This document shows positions 25,845 to 38,506 of a stretch of DNA of 64,000 nt, one piece after another. Below the pieces are notes generated by a model that saw nothing but the letters and a program-made list of their open reading frames with translations, was not told where the DNA came from and ran no database searches. Positions within the stretch are counted from its first letter, which is position 1. The number at the start of each line of letters is the position of its first letter. Origin of the DNA: Mobula hypostoma (Eukaryota); the NCBI RefSeq assembly GCF_963921235.1, contig NC_086118.1, positions 27,344,001 through 27,408,000 of the forward strand, given 5' to 3'. The translations under genes and the position numbers were made by a program.

Positions 25845-27240
25845 CAGTGGTTCCCAACCACCAGGCCATGGACCGGTACCGGGCTGCAAAGCATGTGCTA
25901 CCGGGCCGTGAGGAAACGATATAATTTGGCGATATGAAATGATATGAGTCAGCTGCACCTTTCCTCATTCCCTGTCACGCACTGTTGAACTTGAACTCAC
26001 GCGAGGTCATTACGCATGCATCATCCATGTCAGCGCGGGAAGAACATCAACTCCTCAAGCTTGCAAATGACAGCGGACTGAAAAGTATGTTTGACATAAC
26101 ATCTCTGCCGGCATTCTGGATCAAAGTCAAGGCTAAAATATCCTGAGATAGCCACGGAAGCACTGAAAACGTTGCTTCCATTTCCAACGTATCTCTGCGA
26201 AGCGGGGTTTTCTGCAATGAATGCAACGAAAACTAAATTGCGGAATAGACCGGACATAAGGAACCCCCTTCATGTATTGCTGTCTCCCATCACCCCTCGA
26301 TAGGACTGTCTTGTTGCAGGAAAACAAGCCCAAGGCTCCCACTGATTCAGCGATATTGGTGTGTTGCAATGATTTTATATGTTCATACGAGGAAAATATG
26401 TGCTGTGTGTTTAATATCCAAACATTACTTAAAATGTTATGAGGCTATTGACTTATGAGTGACTTATATTTGACTTATCACTACATTCATGCGAGGAAAA
26501 TATGCGCTGTGTGTTTAATATTAAATTCGTTAGATAAACCCTTTTAGAAACGAAATTGAGTGTATTAGCCACTTATAAGTGACTTATAGTTGACTTATCA
26601 CCCATATTCCGGTCGTGATTAACACCTCCCCCCCCACTTGGGTTGCCAACTGTCCCATATTAGCCAGGACATCTCGTATATTGGGCTAAATTGGTTTGTC
26701 CCATACGGGACCGCCCTTGTCCCGTATTTCCCCCGCTAAGGTAGCGCATTCCTATGAAACCTTTCATGCCGAAATGGCGTAATGTGAAGAAGCAATTACC
26801 ATTAATCTATATGGGAAAAATTTTTGAGCGTTTCCAGACCCAAAGAATAACCTACCAAATCATACCAAATAACACATAAAACCTAAAAAAACACTCACAT
26901 ATAGTAAAAGCGGGAATGATATGATAAATACACAGCCTATATAAAGTAGAAATAAGGTATGTACAGTGTAGTTTCACTGAGCAGAATCGCCAAAAACGAT
27001 TTGTAGAAAAAAATCAGCACGTACACACATGTGCACGTAATGTGTGCACGCATGCGCATACAGGTGCCCGCAGGAGGCTTCATGGTCATGATAGTCTTTC
27101 TCGGGGTAAACACAGTGAGAAAGTTGGTAACCCTACCCCCCTTCCCACCCCCTGTTCCCCCGCCCCCGGGTTGGCTGGTCCGCATGAATATTGTCAATAT
27201 TAAACTGGTCCCCGGTGCAAAAAAAGGTTGGGGACCCCTG
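25845..27240 (+). mobile_element. Non-autonomous hAT (Charlie/Buster-like) DNA transposon with a transposase C-terminal remnant
   Basis: TIRs CAGTGGTTCCCAACC and GGTTGGGGACCCCTG; 8-bp TSD ATATATAG/ATATACAG; about 26040-26344 encodes FWIKVK..YPEIA..LLPFPTYLCEAGFS..KTKLRNR..QAQGSH* (hATC domain, frameshifted). Confidence 0.9.
26638..27135. mobile_element. hAT-type MITE nested in the Charlie-like element
   Basis: TIRs TTGGGTTGCCAACT and AGTTGGTAACCCTA; TSD CCCCCCAC/CCCCCCTT (6 of 8 match). Confidence 0.7.
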
Positions 27241-28089
27241 ATATACAGCGCAGGACCAACTAATGACACCATTATGAAAACATGTTACATTTTTATGCAT
27301 GTATTTGTGTGTGTGTTTATATATCACTATAATAATACTTTTTCATGGGTGACTTCAACTTCTTTAATATTGATTGGCACATTCTTGGTGCAGAAGGTTT
27401 AGAAGGGGTGGAATTTGTTAGGTGTTTCTGTAGAAATCTGTCTAGGATCTCTGCTCTTTTTGTTTTTTTTATATGTACATAAAAAACTTCAGTGAGGATG
27501 TGGATGGGTGCGTTAGTAACTTTGCAGATGACACAAAGGTTGCAGCTGTGATGAGTAGTGTAGGTTACAATGGGATGGGCTACTGCAGGGTATTGACAGG
27601 ATGCAGAGGTGGGCGGAGAAGTGACAGATGAAGTTCAATTCAGAAAAGTGTGAAGATCAAACTTGAAGGTGGAGTATAAGGTTAATGGCAGGAATCTTAG
27701 CAGTGTAAAGGAACAGAGGGATTTTTTCATTCAAGTCCATTGATCCCTTAAAGTTGCCATGTAAGTTGATAGGGCAGTTGAGAAGACCTGGCATGTGCCA
27801 GCCTTAGCAACACACATTAAAGTTGCTGGTGAACGCAGCAGGCCAAGCAGCCTCTCTAGGAAGAGGTACAGTCAATGTTTCAGGCTGAGACCCTTCGTCA
27901 GGACTAACTGAAGGAAGAGTTAGTAAGAGATTTGAAAGTGGGAGGGGGAGGGGGAGATCCAAAATGATAGGAGAAGACAGGAGGGGGAGGGATGGAGCCA
28001 AGAGCTGGACAGGTGATTGGCAAAGGGGATATGAGAGGATCATGGGACAGGAGGCCCAGGGAGAAAGACGGGGTGGGGAGGGGGGTGGA

Positions 28090-29622
28090 AAACCTACCTG
28101 TCCTGGCAGACCTATTGTCTCAGCTTGCTCCTGCCCCACCGAACTCGTATCTGCATACCTCGACACGGTTTTATCCCCCCTTGTTCAATCTCTTCCTACC
28201 TATGTTCGTGACACTTCTCACGCTCTTAAACTTTTCGATGATTTTAAGTTCCTTGGCCCCCACTGCTTTATTTTCACCATGGTGTCTAGTCCCTATATAC
28301 TTCCATCCCCCATCAGGAAGGTCTCAAAGTTCTCCGCTTCTTTTTGGATTCCAGACCTAATCAGTTCCCCTCTACCACCACTCTGCTCCGTCTAGTGGAA
28401 TTAGTCCTTACTCTTAATAACTTCTCCTTTGGCTTCTCCCACTTCCTCCAAACTAAAGGTGTAGCTGTGGGCACCCATAGCTATGCCTGCCTTTTTGTTG
28501 GCTTTGTGGAACAGTCTATGTTCCGTACCTATTTTGGTATCTGCCCCCCACTTTTCCTTCACTACATCGACGACTGCATTGGCACTGCTTCCTGCACGCA
28601 TGCTGAGCTTGTTGACTTTATTAACTTTGCCTCCAACTTTCACCCTGCCCTCAAGTTTACCTGGTCCATTTCCGACACCTTCCTCCCTTTTCTAGATCTT
28701 TCTGTCTCTGTCTCTGGAGACAGCTTATCCACTGATGTCTACTATAAGCCTACTGACTCTCACAGCTATCTGGACTATTCCCCTTCTCACCCTGTCTCTT
28801 GCAAAAATGCCATCCCCTTCTAGCAATTCCTCCGTCTCCGCCGCATCTGCTCTCAGGATGAGGCTTTTCATTCCAGGACGAGGGAGATGTCCTCCTTTTT
28901 TAAAGAAAGGGGCTTCCCTTCCTCCACCATCAACTCTGCTCTCAAACACATCTCCCCCATTTCACGCACATCTGCTCTCACTCCATGCTCCCGCCACCCC
29001 ACTAGGAATAGGGTTCCCCTTGTCCTCACCTACCACCCCACCAGCTTCGAGGTCCAACATATTATTCTCCGTACTTCTGCCACCTCCAACGGGATCCCAC
29101 CACTAAGCACATCTTTCCCTCCCCCCCCTGCTTTCCGCAGGGATCGCTCCCTACGCGACTCCCTTGTCCATTCGTCCCCCCCATCTCTCCCCACTGATCT
29201 CCCTCCTGGCACTTATCCTTGTAAACGGAAAAAGTGCTACACATGGCCTCACACTTCCTCCCTTACCACCATTCAGGGCCCCAGACAGTCCTTCCAGGTG
29301 AGGCGACACTTTACCTGTGTGTCGGCTGGGGTGATATACTGCGTCCGGTGCTCCCGATGTGGCCTTCTATATATTGGCGAAACCCAACGCAGGCTGGCAG
29401 ACCATTTCGCTGAACACCTACGCTCTGTCCACTAGAGAAAGCAGGATCTCCTAGTGGCCACATATTTTAATTCCACATCCCATTCCCATTCTGACATGTC
29501 TATCCACGGCCTCCTCCACTGTAAAGATGAAGCCACACTCAGGTTGGAGGAACAACACCTTATATTCCGTCTGGGTAGTCTCCAACATGATGGCATGAAC
29601 ATTGACTTCTCTAACTTCCGCT
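28090..29622 (+). pseudogene. PLE reverse transcriptase plus GIY-YIG endonuclease (frameshifted)
   Basis: PGRPIVS, NNFSF..FLQTKGVAVG, YIDDC, FLD..VYYKPTD; VIYCVRCSRCGLLYIGETQRRLADHFAEH. Confidence 0.92.
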
Positions 29623-29912
29623 AATGCCCCACCTCCCCCTCATACCCCATCCGTTATTTATTTTTATACATACATTCTTTCTCTCACTTTCTCCCTCTGC
29701 CCCTCTGACTATACCCCTTGCCCATCCTCTGGGTTTCCTCCCTCCCCTTGTCTTTCTCCTTGGTCTCCTGTCCCATGATCCTCTCATATCCCCTTTGCCA
29801 ATCACCTGTCCAGCTCTCGGCTCCATCCCTCCCCCTCCTGTCTTCTCCTATCATTTTGGATCTCCCCCTCCCCCTCCAACTTTCAAATCCCTTACTCACT
29901 CTTCCTTCAGTT

Positions 29913-29948
29913 AGTCCTGACGAAGGGTCTCGGCCTGAAACGTCGACT
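29913..29948 (+). ncRNA. Minimal type I hammerhead ribozyme (PLE 3' pLTR); degenerate antisense copy at 27870-27905
   Basis: AGTC CTGACGA AGG GTCTCGG CCT GAAA C GTC GACT. Confidence 0.85.
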
Positions 29949-30358
29949 GTACCTCTTCCTAGAGATGCTGCTTGGCCTGCTGCATTCACCAGCAACTTTG
30001 ATGTGTGTTGCTTGAATTTCCAGCATCTGCAGAATTCCTGTTATGTGTCAGCCTTAGTTTTGGGATTGAGTTCAAGAGCCATGTGGTAATGTTGCAGCTC
30101 TATAAAACTCTGGTTAGACAACACTTGGAGTACTGGGTTCATTTCTGGTCACCTCATTATAGGAAGGATGTGGAAACATTAGAGAGGGTGCAGAGGAGAT
30201 TTACAAGGTTGCTGTCTAGATTAGGGAACATGACTTATGTGGAAAGGTTGAGCTAGGGTTTTGGAGTGATAGAAGAGTAGAAAACATGAGAGACAGATAA
30301 AGTGCAAGGGCAGCACCTTTTTCCCATGGTGCCAATGGTCAATACTGAAGGACACTGA

Positions 30359-30407
30359 CACTGAGATGCTGCCTGGCCTGCTGCGTTCACCAGTAACTTT
30401 GATGTGT
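30359..30407 (+). mobile_element. 49-bp PLE 3'-end micro-insertion
   Basis: GAGATGCTGCCTGGCCTGCTGCGTTCACCAGTAACTTTGATGTGT with a 9-bp TSD GGACACTGA (30350-30358 and 30408-30416). Confidence 0.8.
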
Positions 30408-32639
30408 GGACACTGATTTAAGTTGAGAGGAGGGACGGTTTTTTTTACATAGAGTGGCGGGTGCCTGGAATGCACTACAGAGATGGTGGTAGAGGCTATT
30501 ACAATAGGGACATCGAAAAGGCACATGAATGTAAAAAAAATGTAGGATTAAGAGAAAGATGGGCTATATAGGAGGGAAGGATTAGATTAATCGTGGAGTA
30601 GGTTTATAGGCTGAAGGGTCTGTACTGTGCTGTTGTGTTCTATGTTCTATTTGCTTGCTTGCTGCAGCCAATAAGAGGGATGAAAGTCAACACAGCATAA
30701 AACTGGCACTGACTCACCCAGGCAACCATTTGTGCTGATGACAGTAAAACTCTCAACACTCCTCTTCTCAAGCTTCAGTAGTTTCTAAATTTACCACTGC
30801 AGTGAACTTCACTTATGTACTTTACATTCTTCTCTCTGTGATAAGTAATTGAATTTTTGGCTGCAACTGCAGGCTAAGTTACGCAAAGTTCATGTCTCAC
30901 TGACTTTTCAATCAAAATCCCTATCAAATCTCATTTGGTCTATCTGGTATCATTTCTGGAGTTTGATCTTTCTAGCATATCTGTCATTCAGATCAGCTAA
31001 TGGATTTGTGAAGATTAAAGTTTTCCAAGTTTTTTTTCATTAATCTTTTATTTTGGGATCTGGGTATCACTGGCAAGGATCTTCCCTGCTTCTCTCCCCT
31101 GCCCTGCCCCACCAAATGTCCTTGTAGTGGTGGTGAGCCATCATCAACAAGCACGTGGTTCTTCTTGTACTGAGCTGTTAGGTAGGGCAGATTTATTTCA
31201 AAGTGAGACCCGAAGGTGAATCTGCAGTTGATGTTTTCCCATTTAACCTGAAGCCCTTGTTCTCCTTCATGGTAGAGACAGGAAGATTTTGGAAATGCTG
31301 TTGGACTAGCCTTGGTGAGGAACTGCAGAGCATTTAAGAGAAAATGCACCCTGCAGCTACTGTACGCCAGTGGTGGACAGAGTGATTGTTGAGAGTTGTA
31401 ATCAGATCACAGTTGAATGCACTGCTTTGTCCTTGACACTCTTTAGGTTATTAAAAATTATTGCAGCTGCAGTCACACTGACAAGTGACTAGTATCTCAT
31501 TACACTGTACATGTGCATGGTAGACAGTGGAAAAGCTTTGAAGTAGGTGTCAGCACTTTGCCTCGAACCTGTTCTTGCAGCCGTAGTATTCATGTGTCTG
31601 GTCCAAGTGAATTTCAGATCATTGGTGTCTTGTAGGATATTGATGGTACTAGACTGGGCAATGGTTATACGCTTGACTGTCATGAATAGATGAGTAGATT
31701 CTCTGTTATCATTGCCTGGCGCTCTGGTGCACAAACATTACTTGCTACTTTTCAGCTTGGTCTTGCTCTCACTACATATAAGTATGCTTTGACACTAAAA
31801 TCTTTAGTTTCTGTCATGTTGCATTGCTTCAGTTAGAACTATAAAATCATTGAATAATATGCCATTGAAGGTACACATATGGCTTGTGAATTCTTGCTAG
31901 ATACTTTGATAATGTTAGACCCACTCTGCTGAAGGTTTCTTGTATAAAAATGAATTCAGTTATCTACTGAATATGATTAATTTGTTCGTCTTTTCTAGGT
32001 ATTGCATTCTAGAATTCTAGATCATTCTACTTTCTGTAACAGTTGCAAACCCAAATATTTCTAAAAGCGTTTCTTAATTTTTTTGCCATCATTCAACTTC
32101 TTTTGCCAATAACCTATAACCTTGGTTATCAATCATCAACCTCTAGAAATGCTTTCTCGTTTATCTAAATCCTTCATGAATTTAAGCCCTTTCAAAATCC
32201 TCTGCCTTATGAGAAGCACCCTGGACTATTCAATATGTCCTTGTACATCCTCTTCAAAACAGTCACATCCTTACCAGAGTATAGAGCCCAGAATGAACAC
32301 AATATTCCAGCTGGGACTGAACTAATGTTTTGCATTATTCCAATATAAGTTTTTGGCTTTTGCATGTCATTCCTCTGGTTTTAAACTCAAGAAAATTCAT
32401 AATGCTTTATTTTTAACAAATTTTACCCCTCTTCATTGAATTGTGTTGAAATAAAGTATCTTTCTCTTTGCACCCCCGGCACTGCAAATGAGAGTAACTG
32501 TCTCACAACTGCAAAGTCCAAGTCTTATTGTAATTAGCTGAATGTAATACTCTACATTGACTTTGGCTCTTCTCATTCTGATTCCTTAAGGATTCCATTC
32601 AGCTTTCCAGTATCTATGTTCCAATCATACTTGTTTTGA

Positions 32640-33430
32640 TGATGAAACTTCCCACACCAGTGCCTTTGACTCATTGCCCTTCTTCCTTAACCTTGGCTTT
32701 TTCCCTCTACAATAATTGGAATAGCTCCCAACCGTATCTTATCGTCTTCCTGAATTTACACTCTCAAACCTCCTTCCAGCCAAAGCTAGGAGAGGGTCCT
32801 CTTATCCTCACTATCCTCCATAACTTCTCCCATCTTCAGTAAGAATATGCCATCAGACGTACCTTAATCAACAGTTCCACTTCTCCATGCTCCATTTTCT
32901 TCACAGCTCCTAGGTCTGCTCTTTCATCTCCTCCAACCACCGCCCTGCTTATCCCTTTCTTATGTAACTTCAAGAGGTATCACACCTGCCCCTTCACTTT
33001 TATAGTTCCCATAGACCTGGGATTCTATAAGTTTTTTTTTGGGTGAAGCAGCAGTTTGCATGCACTTTTTCGGGTCTAAAGTCTTGCATTCAGTGCTCAT
33101 GATGTGGTCTCCTCTACCCAAGAGAAACCCCAAGCAGATTACATGGCCACTTTGAAGAACATTTCTCTCCAGTCTACGAAGGGGACTCCAAGCTTCTGGT
33201 TGCCTATCACTTTAATTCTTCATCCAATTCCCAGTTTGACAGATCTGTCTTCTGCCTCTAACACCAGAATCTTTAATAATCTCTGGAAAAATTTGTAACC
33301 CTTTGTAATCAATACTAAATTCAATGGTGTCAGAATTGACCAGTCTGATGCCAGGTCATCAACCTGTAATATTAAATGAGTGTTTTTCTCTCTCCATAGA
33401 TACTACCTGATTTGTTGCGTTTTTTCAGCT
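32640..33430 (+). mobile_element. Highly decayed PLE (endonuclease region plus pLTR)
   Basis: Recognisable similarity to the 29.0-30.0 kb element (TGCATTCAGTGCTCATGATGTGGTCTCCTCTAC; TTTAATTC...; CCATAGATACTACCTG). Confidence 0.55.
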
Positions 33431-34680
33431 TTTCCTTACATTTAAGATTTTCAGCAAGGACTGAGAATCATAGCTCACATTTCCAGCCTGCTTGACCTTT
33501 GTTCTTCTACTATTCTGAAGGCACTAACAAAATTATCACCTAGACAACTCTGAAGTCTACCCTATCACGTGTATTCCTTTTGCTGCAGTCACTCCTCGTT
33601 CTCTCTGAAACTTGAAGCATACTTCTTTCCCAATGGACATTGGCTTAAAATGCTAGAGCTGTCTTCCTCTCCACAGATGCCACTTGACCTTGAAATTAAT
33701 AATTGACTTTTGGTTCTTTGTGGTAGGAAGCAGAGGGCGATGGTTAAAGATTATTTCTCGGAATGGAGGTTAGTGACCAGTGGTGTGTAACAGGGGTTCG
33801 TATTAAAGCCCTTGTTATTCAATATTTAGTGAAGTGATTTAGGTGCAAAAGCACAAGGCTTGATCGATAACTTTTGCAGGTGACACAAAAATAGGTGGTG
33901 TTATTAGAAGATAGGATATCGTAGAGTATCAAGGGGGACTTTAATCATTTATGGAAGTGGACTTCAGTACAGATTAGTGTGAAAATGCAGGAAGTAAAAC
34001 CAGTGTAGGACTGCACTATGAATTGTCGGGCACTAGGATATGGAATGGAGCAGGGGGACAGAGGAACACAAGCATTGAAAGCAATGTTGCAGGTACACAG
34101 ACTGGTGAAAAAGACATTTAGCAAGCTGGTCTTTATCAGTCAGGGGACTGAGTGTAGGAGATGGGACATTGCGATGTAGTGGTGACAGTCATGGTGAGGC
34201 CACATTTGGAATACTGCGTACTATTTTGATCACTCTGTAATAGATAAGCTGTGGTTCAACTGGAAAGAGTGCTGAAATAATTTACGAGGATGTTGCCAAG
34301 ACCAGAGAGTATGGCAAGGCGAGGTCTTCATTCCTCGGTGCATAGGAGAATGAGGGGTGACCTGCTGGATGATTATTGTGGAGGATTTTGGCCGGCTGGG
34401 TCAGGTAAAGACTATGGAATTGTGTGCCTGTATTGCTTAAAGCTTGGATCAGCAGAAAATCCTAGTGTTGTCCTCTAGCCCACAGTTGTACACCACGAGG
34501 CTACGGGACTGAGGTGTTTTTCCCTCTAGCTTGCCTAGAACAATGTTGAACAAACCATACCCATTAGAATCAACCATAAAGAGGGTGCGTTTACTGATTG
34601 TAAGCAGAGTCGTGGCTCTCCATAGGCACGGCTCCCTGAGTCACGTAAATAAGGAGTCTCCTAATGAATACCTGGGTCTA

Positions 34681-35501
34681 CTACACTTCTACACACTTCT
34701 ACACTTCCTCCCTTACCACCATTCAGGGCCCCAAACAGTCCTTCCAGGTGAGGCATCACTTCACCTGTGAGTCGACTGGGGTGATATACTGCGTCCGGTG
34801 CTCCCGATGTGGCCTTTTATATATTGGTGAGACCCGACGCAGACTGGGAGACTGCTTTGCTGAACATCTACGCTCTGTCCGCCAGAGAAAGCAGGATCTC
34901 CCAGTGGCCACACATTTTAATTCCACATCCCATTCCCATTCTGACATGTCTATCCACGGCCTCCTCTACTGTAAAGATGAAGCCACACTCAGGTTGGAGG
35001 AACAACACCTTATATTCCGTCTGGGTAGCCTCCAACCAGATGGCATGAACATTGACTTCTCTAACTTCCGCTAGGCCCCACCTCCCCCTCGTACCCCAGC
35101 TGTTACTCATTTTTATGCACACGTTCTTTCTCTCACTCTCCTTTTTCTCCCTCTGTCCCTCTGAATATACCTCTTGCCCATCCTCTGGGTCACCCCCCCC
35201 CCCGTCTTTCTCCCTAGGCCTCCTGTCCCATGATCCTCTCGTATCCCCTTTTGCCTATCACCTGTCCAGCTCTCGGCTCTATCCCTCCCCCTCCTGTCTT
35301 CTCCTATCATTTTGCATCTCCCCCTCCCCCTCCAGCTTTCAAATCCCTTACTCACTCTTCCTTCAGTTAGTCCTGACGAAGGGTCTCGGCCTGAAACGTC
35401 GACTGCGCCTCTTCCTATAGATGCTGCTTGGCCTGCTGCGTTCACCAGCAACTTTGATGTATGTTGCTTGAATTTCCAGCATCTGCAGAATTCCTGTTGT
35501 T
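34681..35501 (+). mobile_element. 5'-truncated PLE with an intact GIY-YIG coding segment and pLTR
   Basis: ORF 34664-35074 contains VIYCVRCSRCGLLYIGETRRRLGDCFAEH...LQPDGMN; 12-bp TSD TACCTGGGTCTA (34669-34680 and 35502-35513). Confidence 0.93.
35369..35404 (+). ncRNA. Minimal type I hammerhead ribozyme (PLE)
   Basis: AGTC CTGACGA AGG GTCTCGG CCT GAAA C GTC GACT, identical to 29913-29948. Confidence 0.85.
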
Positions 35502-37289
35502 TACCTGGGTCTAAGTCTTGTGTGGAAAAGGAAATTCCCTAACAATTATGAAATAATGATGGACATAGATAAAGTTGACAGCAAGTCTTTTCCCCAGGGT
35601 ACAGGAGTCCAAAACTAGGGGACATAGATTTTGGATGAGAGGGGTAAGAACTATGAAGGAACATGAAGAGCATCTTTCTCACAGAGATGAAGAATATATG
35701 GAACAAACAGTAGAAAAATTGGCTAAGGAAGGTACAATAGTATCATTTAAGAATCACTTGGATAAGTACATGGAGGAGCAGGGTTTAGAAAGGTATTGGT
35801 CTAGTGTAGGAAATGGAGACTAGATGGATGTGGCATGATGGTCAGCTTGGATTTACTGGGCTGAAGAGCTTGTATAAATGCTGTATTGTTCTAGGGGGGT
35901 AGACTGTGAGATCAAGGTTTCATCCTTATTGTACAAAGGGTCCATTCAATGGTCTTATATCAGTGAGATAGAAGCTGTTCTCGAGATTGCTGGTATGTGC
36001 TTTCAAGCATTTGTATTTTATGCCTGATTGAAGTTGAGGTGGGGGGAAGGGAGATTATCCTGAGTGCACCTTTGACTACATTGGCAGTGAGACGTGCAGA
36101 CAGAGTCCACAAAGGAGGGTGGTTTTTGTGATAAACTGGGCTGTGTCAACATCTCTGGAATTTCTTTTGGTCTTGAACAAAGTAGTTCCACACAAAGCTG
36201 TGATGTCACTGGTTAGGATGCTTTCTAAGATCATCTATAAGAACTGGTGAGAATCAACGGAGGTATACCTACGAGTATTTCCAGAATTTTTCACTTTTAG
36301 TACCTTCTAATTTTTGTTTTAGTGTTAGTCCTTGCAGAAAGTAGAAAAATACCTATCTAATTCATATTTAAGATCCTCTCTATAAAACTGAAGATACATC
36401 TCCAGTAGAAACTGACATATAATGTAGTTTTGTCCAATAAATATTTCTGCATCACAGAGATAAGCAGGTTGCTGTAGCATAAGATATTGGATCAAGATAC
36501 AGATACCAGCCTCTTAGAGCAATGAATCTGACTGGAATGGAAGTGCAACAGTTGGAAGTTTATCACCCTGTAATCTCCAACACCATTCTTCCAAATTTAC
36601 ACGTTAATCTCAACCATATATCAGCAACACCTGATCTGCCTTTGTAAATATTGATGCTTATTTTGCTGATTAGCCCTTTTGAATTACTTGATTTTGGTTG
36701 GTTTGCTGCTAACAAGTTAGGACATTGATCCCAGCATTCTGCCATAAATAAAATAGCTTGAAGATATTGGAATTGTTATTGACAGGGGCATGATCATGTC
36801 TTGTCTAAATGTGACACTACTCCTCAATTCTACAGAGCACGCTCAGCAGTGGTAATGATGGGACAACTGAAGCATTTTGTCCTGGAGTATGCCCATGCAT
36901 AATTAACTGGAGCAATCCCTGAATAGCAATCTGCAGTTCACTGTTTTTCCACTTACTGCATTGTTTACTACTATAATCAAGGAAAATCAGTAAGCTGATG
37001 TGAATACAAGGAATTTATGAATTAGTCTCACTGTGAAACACCCTGAAGATGTTATATCTTGTTGAATAAGATGGATTCAAGTTTTTAATATTGTTTGGCC
37101 ATATTACTGCTTTGCAGGCCACCAAAGCTATAAAGTAATTTTAATATCAGTAGATTATAATTCTCCTCAGATAAAAATTTCAAAATATAATGGATTGAAA
37201 AATTATAAAAAGAGAGAATGTTTAGAATTTTTCATTTTCTCTCAACTGTGCTTATACCTTACGATCTTAATTCCACTGAATAGTGAGGC

Positions 37290-37860
37290 CCTCCATTTGT
37301 CATGGTCGACCTTGGATGCTATGTTCTATCCGTCATATGTAAGCCAGCACCCAAACAAGTGCAGTATGTATGGACTGCAAGCAATAGCTCATGCAGCAGC
37401 CCCCCCCCCAACTCCACGCAGCTGGAACGACGAAGACCGATACAGTTTGACATCAGTGTCATTGCAGGAGTTGCCAGTTAACGTTGAACTACTTTAGGGA
37501 TTCCAGTTCTAATTTTTCCTCGGGGTTTGCACCCAAAGTCTTCCCCATGAGTGGGTATAGCCTCAAGGCAGCAGAGGTTTGAGATCAGAGTTTTCCTTCT
37601 CCTAGATGAGCGGGCAATCAGGGCTGACAAGCTCCATCTGCCTGTTGTGAATAGTTTTAGGGCACCAGTAACCCACCTTTGCCCCTTCTCCCGTCGGTAG
37701 AAATGTTCCCACTGGGCTTAGAAGCTAAGCCACGAGTAAAGGTTGGGAGTTGGACTTTGCTGTCAGAGGCTATTTGCGATGCACACCATTGGGAGCATTT
37801 AATAGGTAGTGGGACCTGATCCCCACTACCTCCCCCAGCTATGCCAACCTTAAGGAACCC
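37290..37860 (-). mobile_element. Probable RTE-type retroelement 5' region; a second copy of its first ~85 bp lies on the plus strand at 38264-38346
   Basis: Minus-strand CTAGGAGAAGGAAAACTCTGATCTCAAACC resembles fish RTE leaders (from memory); the terminal segment is duplicated in inverted orientation. Confidence 0.4.
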
Positions 37861-38506
37861 ACTGAATTACACTGAAGAACATGTTAAATACATTTTGTGT
37901 TCTCTCTACCTCATTTGCTACTTTTAAGGATATTAGTTGTTGTTGAACTATTCCTTTAAGCTGATGGCTGAAATTTAGGAAAGGAATGACCTTGTCTTCA
38001 AGATCCTTACTTGGAGCTTTCTTATCGGACAGTGATTCAACCCAAACTTAAGTTAATCCACACTAACCACAGAGCAACTAGTGATAAACAATATTTGAGA
38101 CATGGTTTCCATCAAGTGCAGCACAATAACAAATAGTTTGAAAATAATCTACTGAGTTATTCAGAAATAGAAGCAAGAAGTTAAATATTAGTAAGTGGCA
38201 AATGTTTTAATTTTCTCACATGTTAATTAAAAGTTTAAGGTTTAACCCACTTAAACCTCAAGTGGGTTCCCTGAGGTTGTCAGAGCTGGGAGAGGAAGTG
38301 GGGATAAACTCCCACTATTAAGTTCTCCCAAAGGCGTGTGTCTCAAAATTGGTCCTTCATTCATTAATTAAGAACGAATATTCTTTGGTGACTTTCCAAT
38401 CTGTGATTCACTTCTTGAAATACTCGACTAACAAAAATTTTAAGTTATATTTATTAATTCATTAATTTTTCATTCTTAGCTTCACTGCTTCCCTCTAGGG
38501 CTTTTC

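Larger units (their letters stand above)
27808..30042 (+). mobile_element. Penelope-like retroelement, 5'-truncated, with an inverted pseudo-LTR at the 5' end
   Basis: Inverted pLTR at 27808-28090; RT and GIY-YIG at 28090-29622; 3' pLTR to 30042; 15-bp TSD ATGTG(C/T)CAGCCTTAG (27793-27807 and 30043-30057). Confidence 0.95.
27490..30650 (+). mobile_element. Old CR1 3' fragment interrupted by two PLE insertions
   Basis: FADDTK at about 27520; resumes after 30057 with GIEFKSHVVMLQLYKTLVRQHLEY; TTCTATGTTCTAT tail at about 30640. Confidence 0.8.
34377..35544. mobile_element. Solo LTR (about 335 bp without its insert) interrupted by a PLE
   Basis: TG...CA ends; 5-bp TSD ATTAT (34372-34376 and 35545-35549). 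Confidence 0.7.
33720..35890 (+). mobile_element. Decayed CR1 RT/3' fragment hosting a solo LTR
   Basis: Degenerate VTSGV.QGS, FAGDTK and RRMRGDL before 34376; LFPRVQESKTRGH after 35545. Confidence 0.7.
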
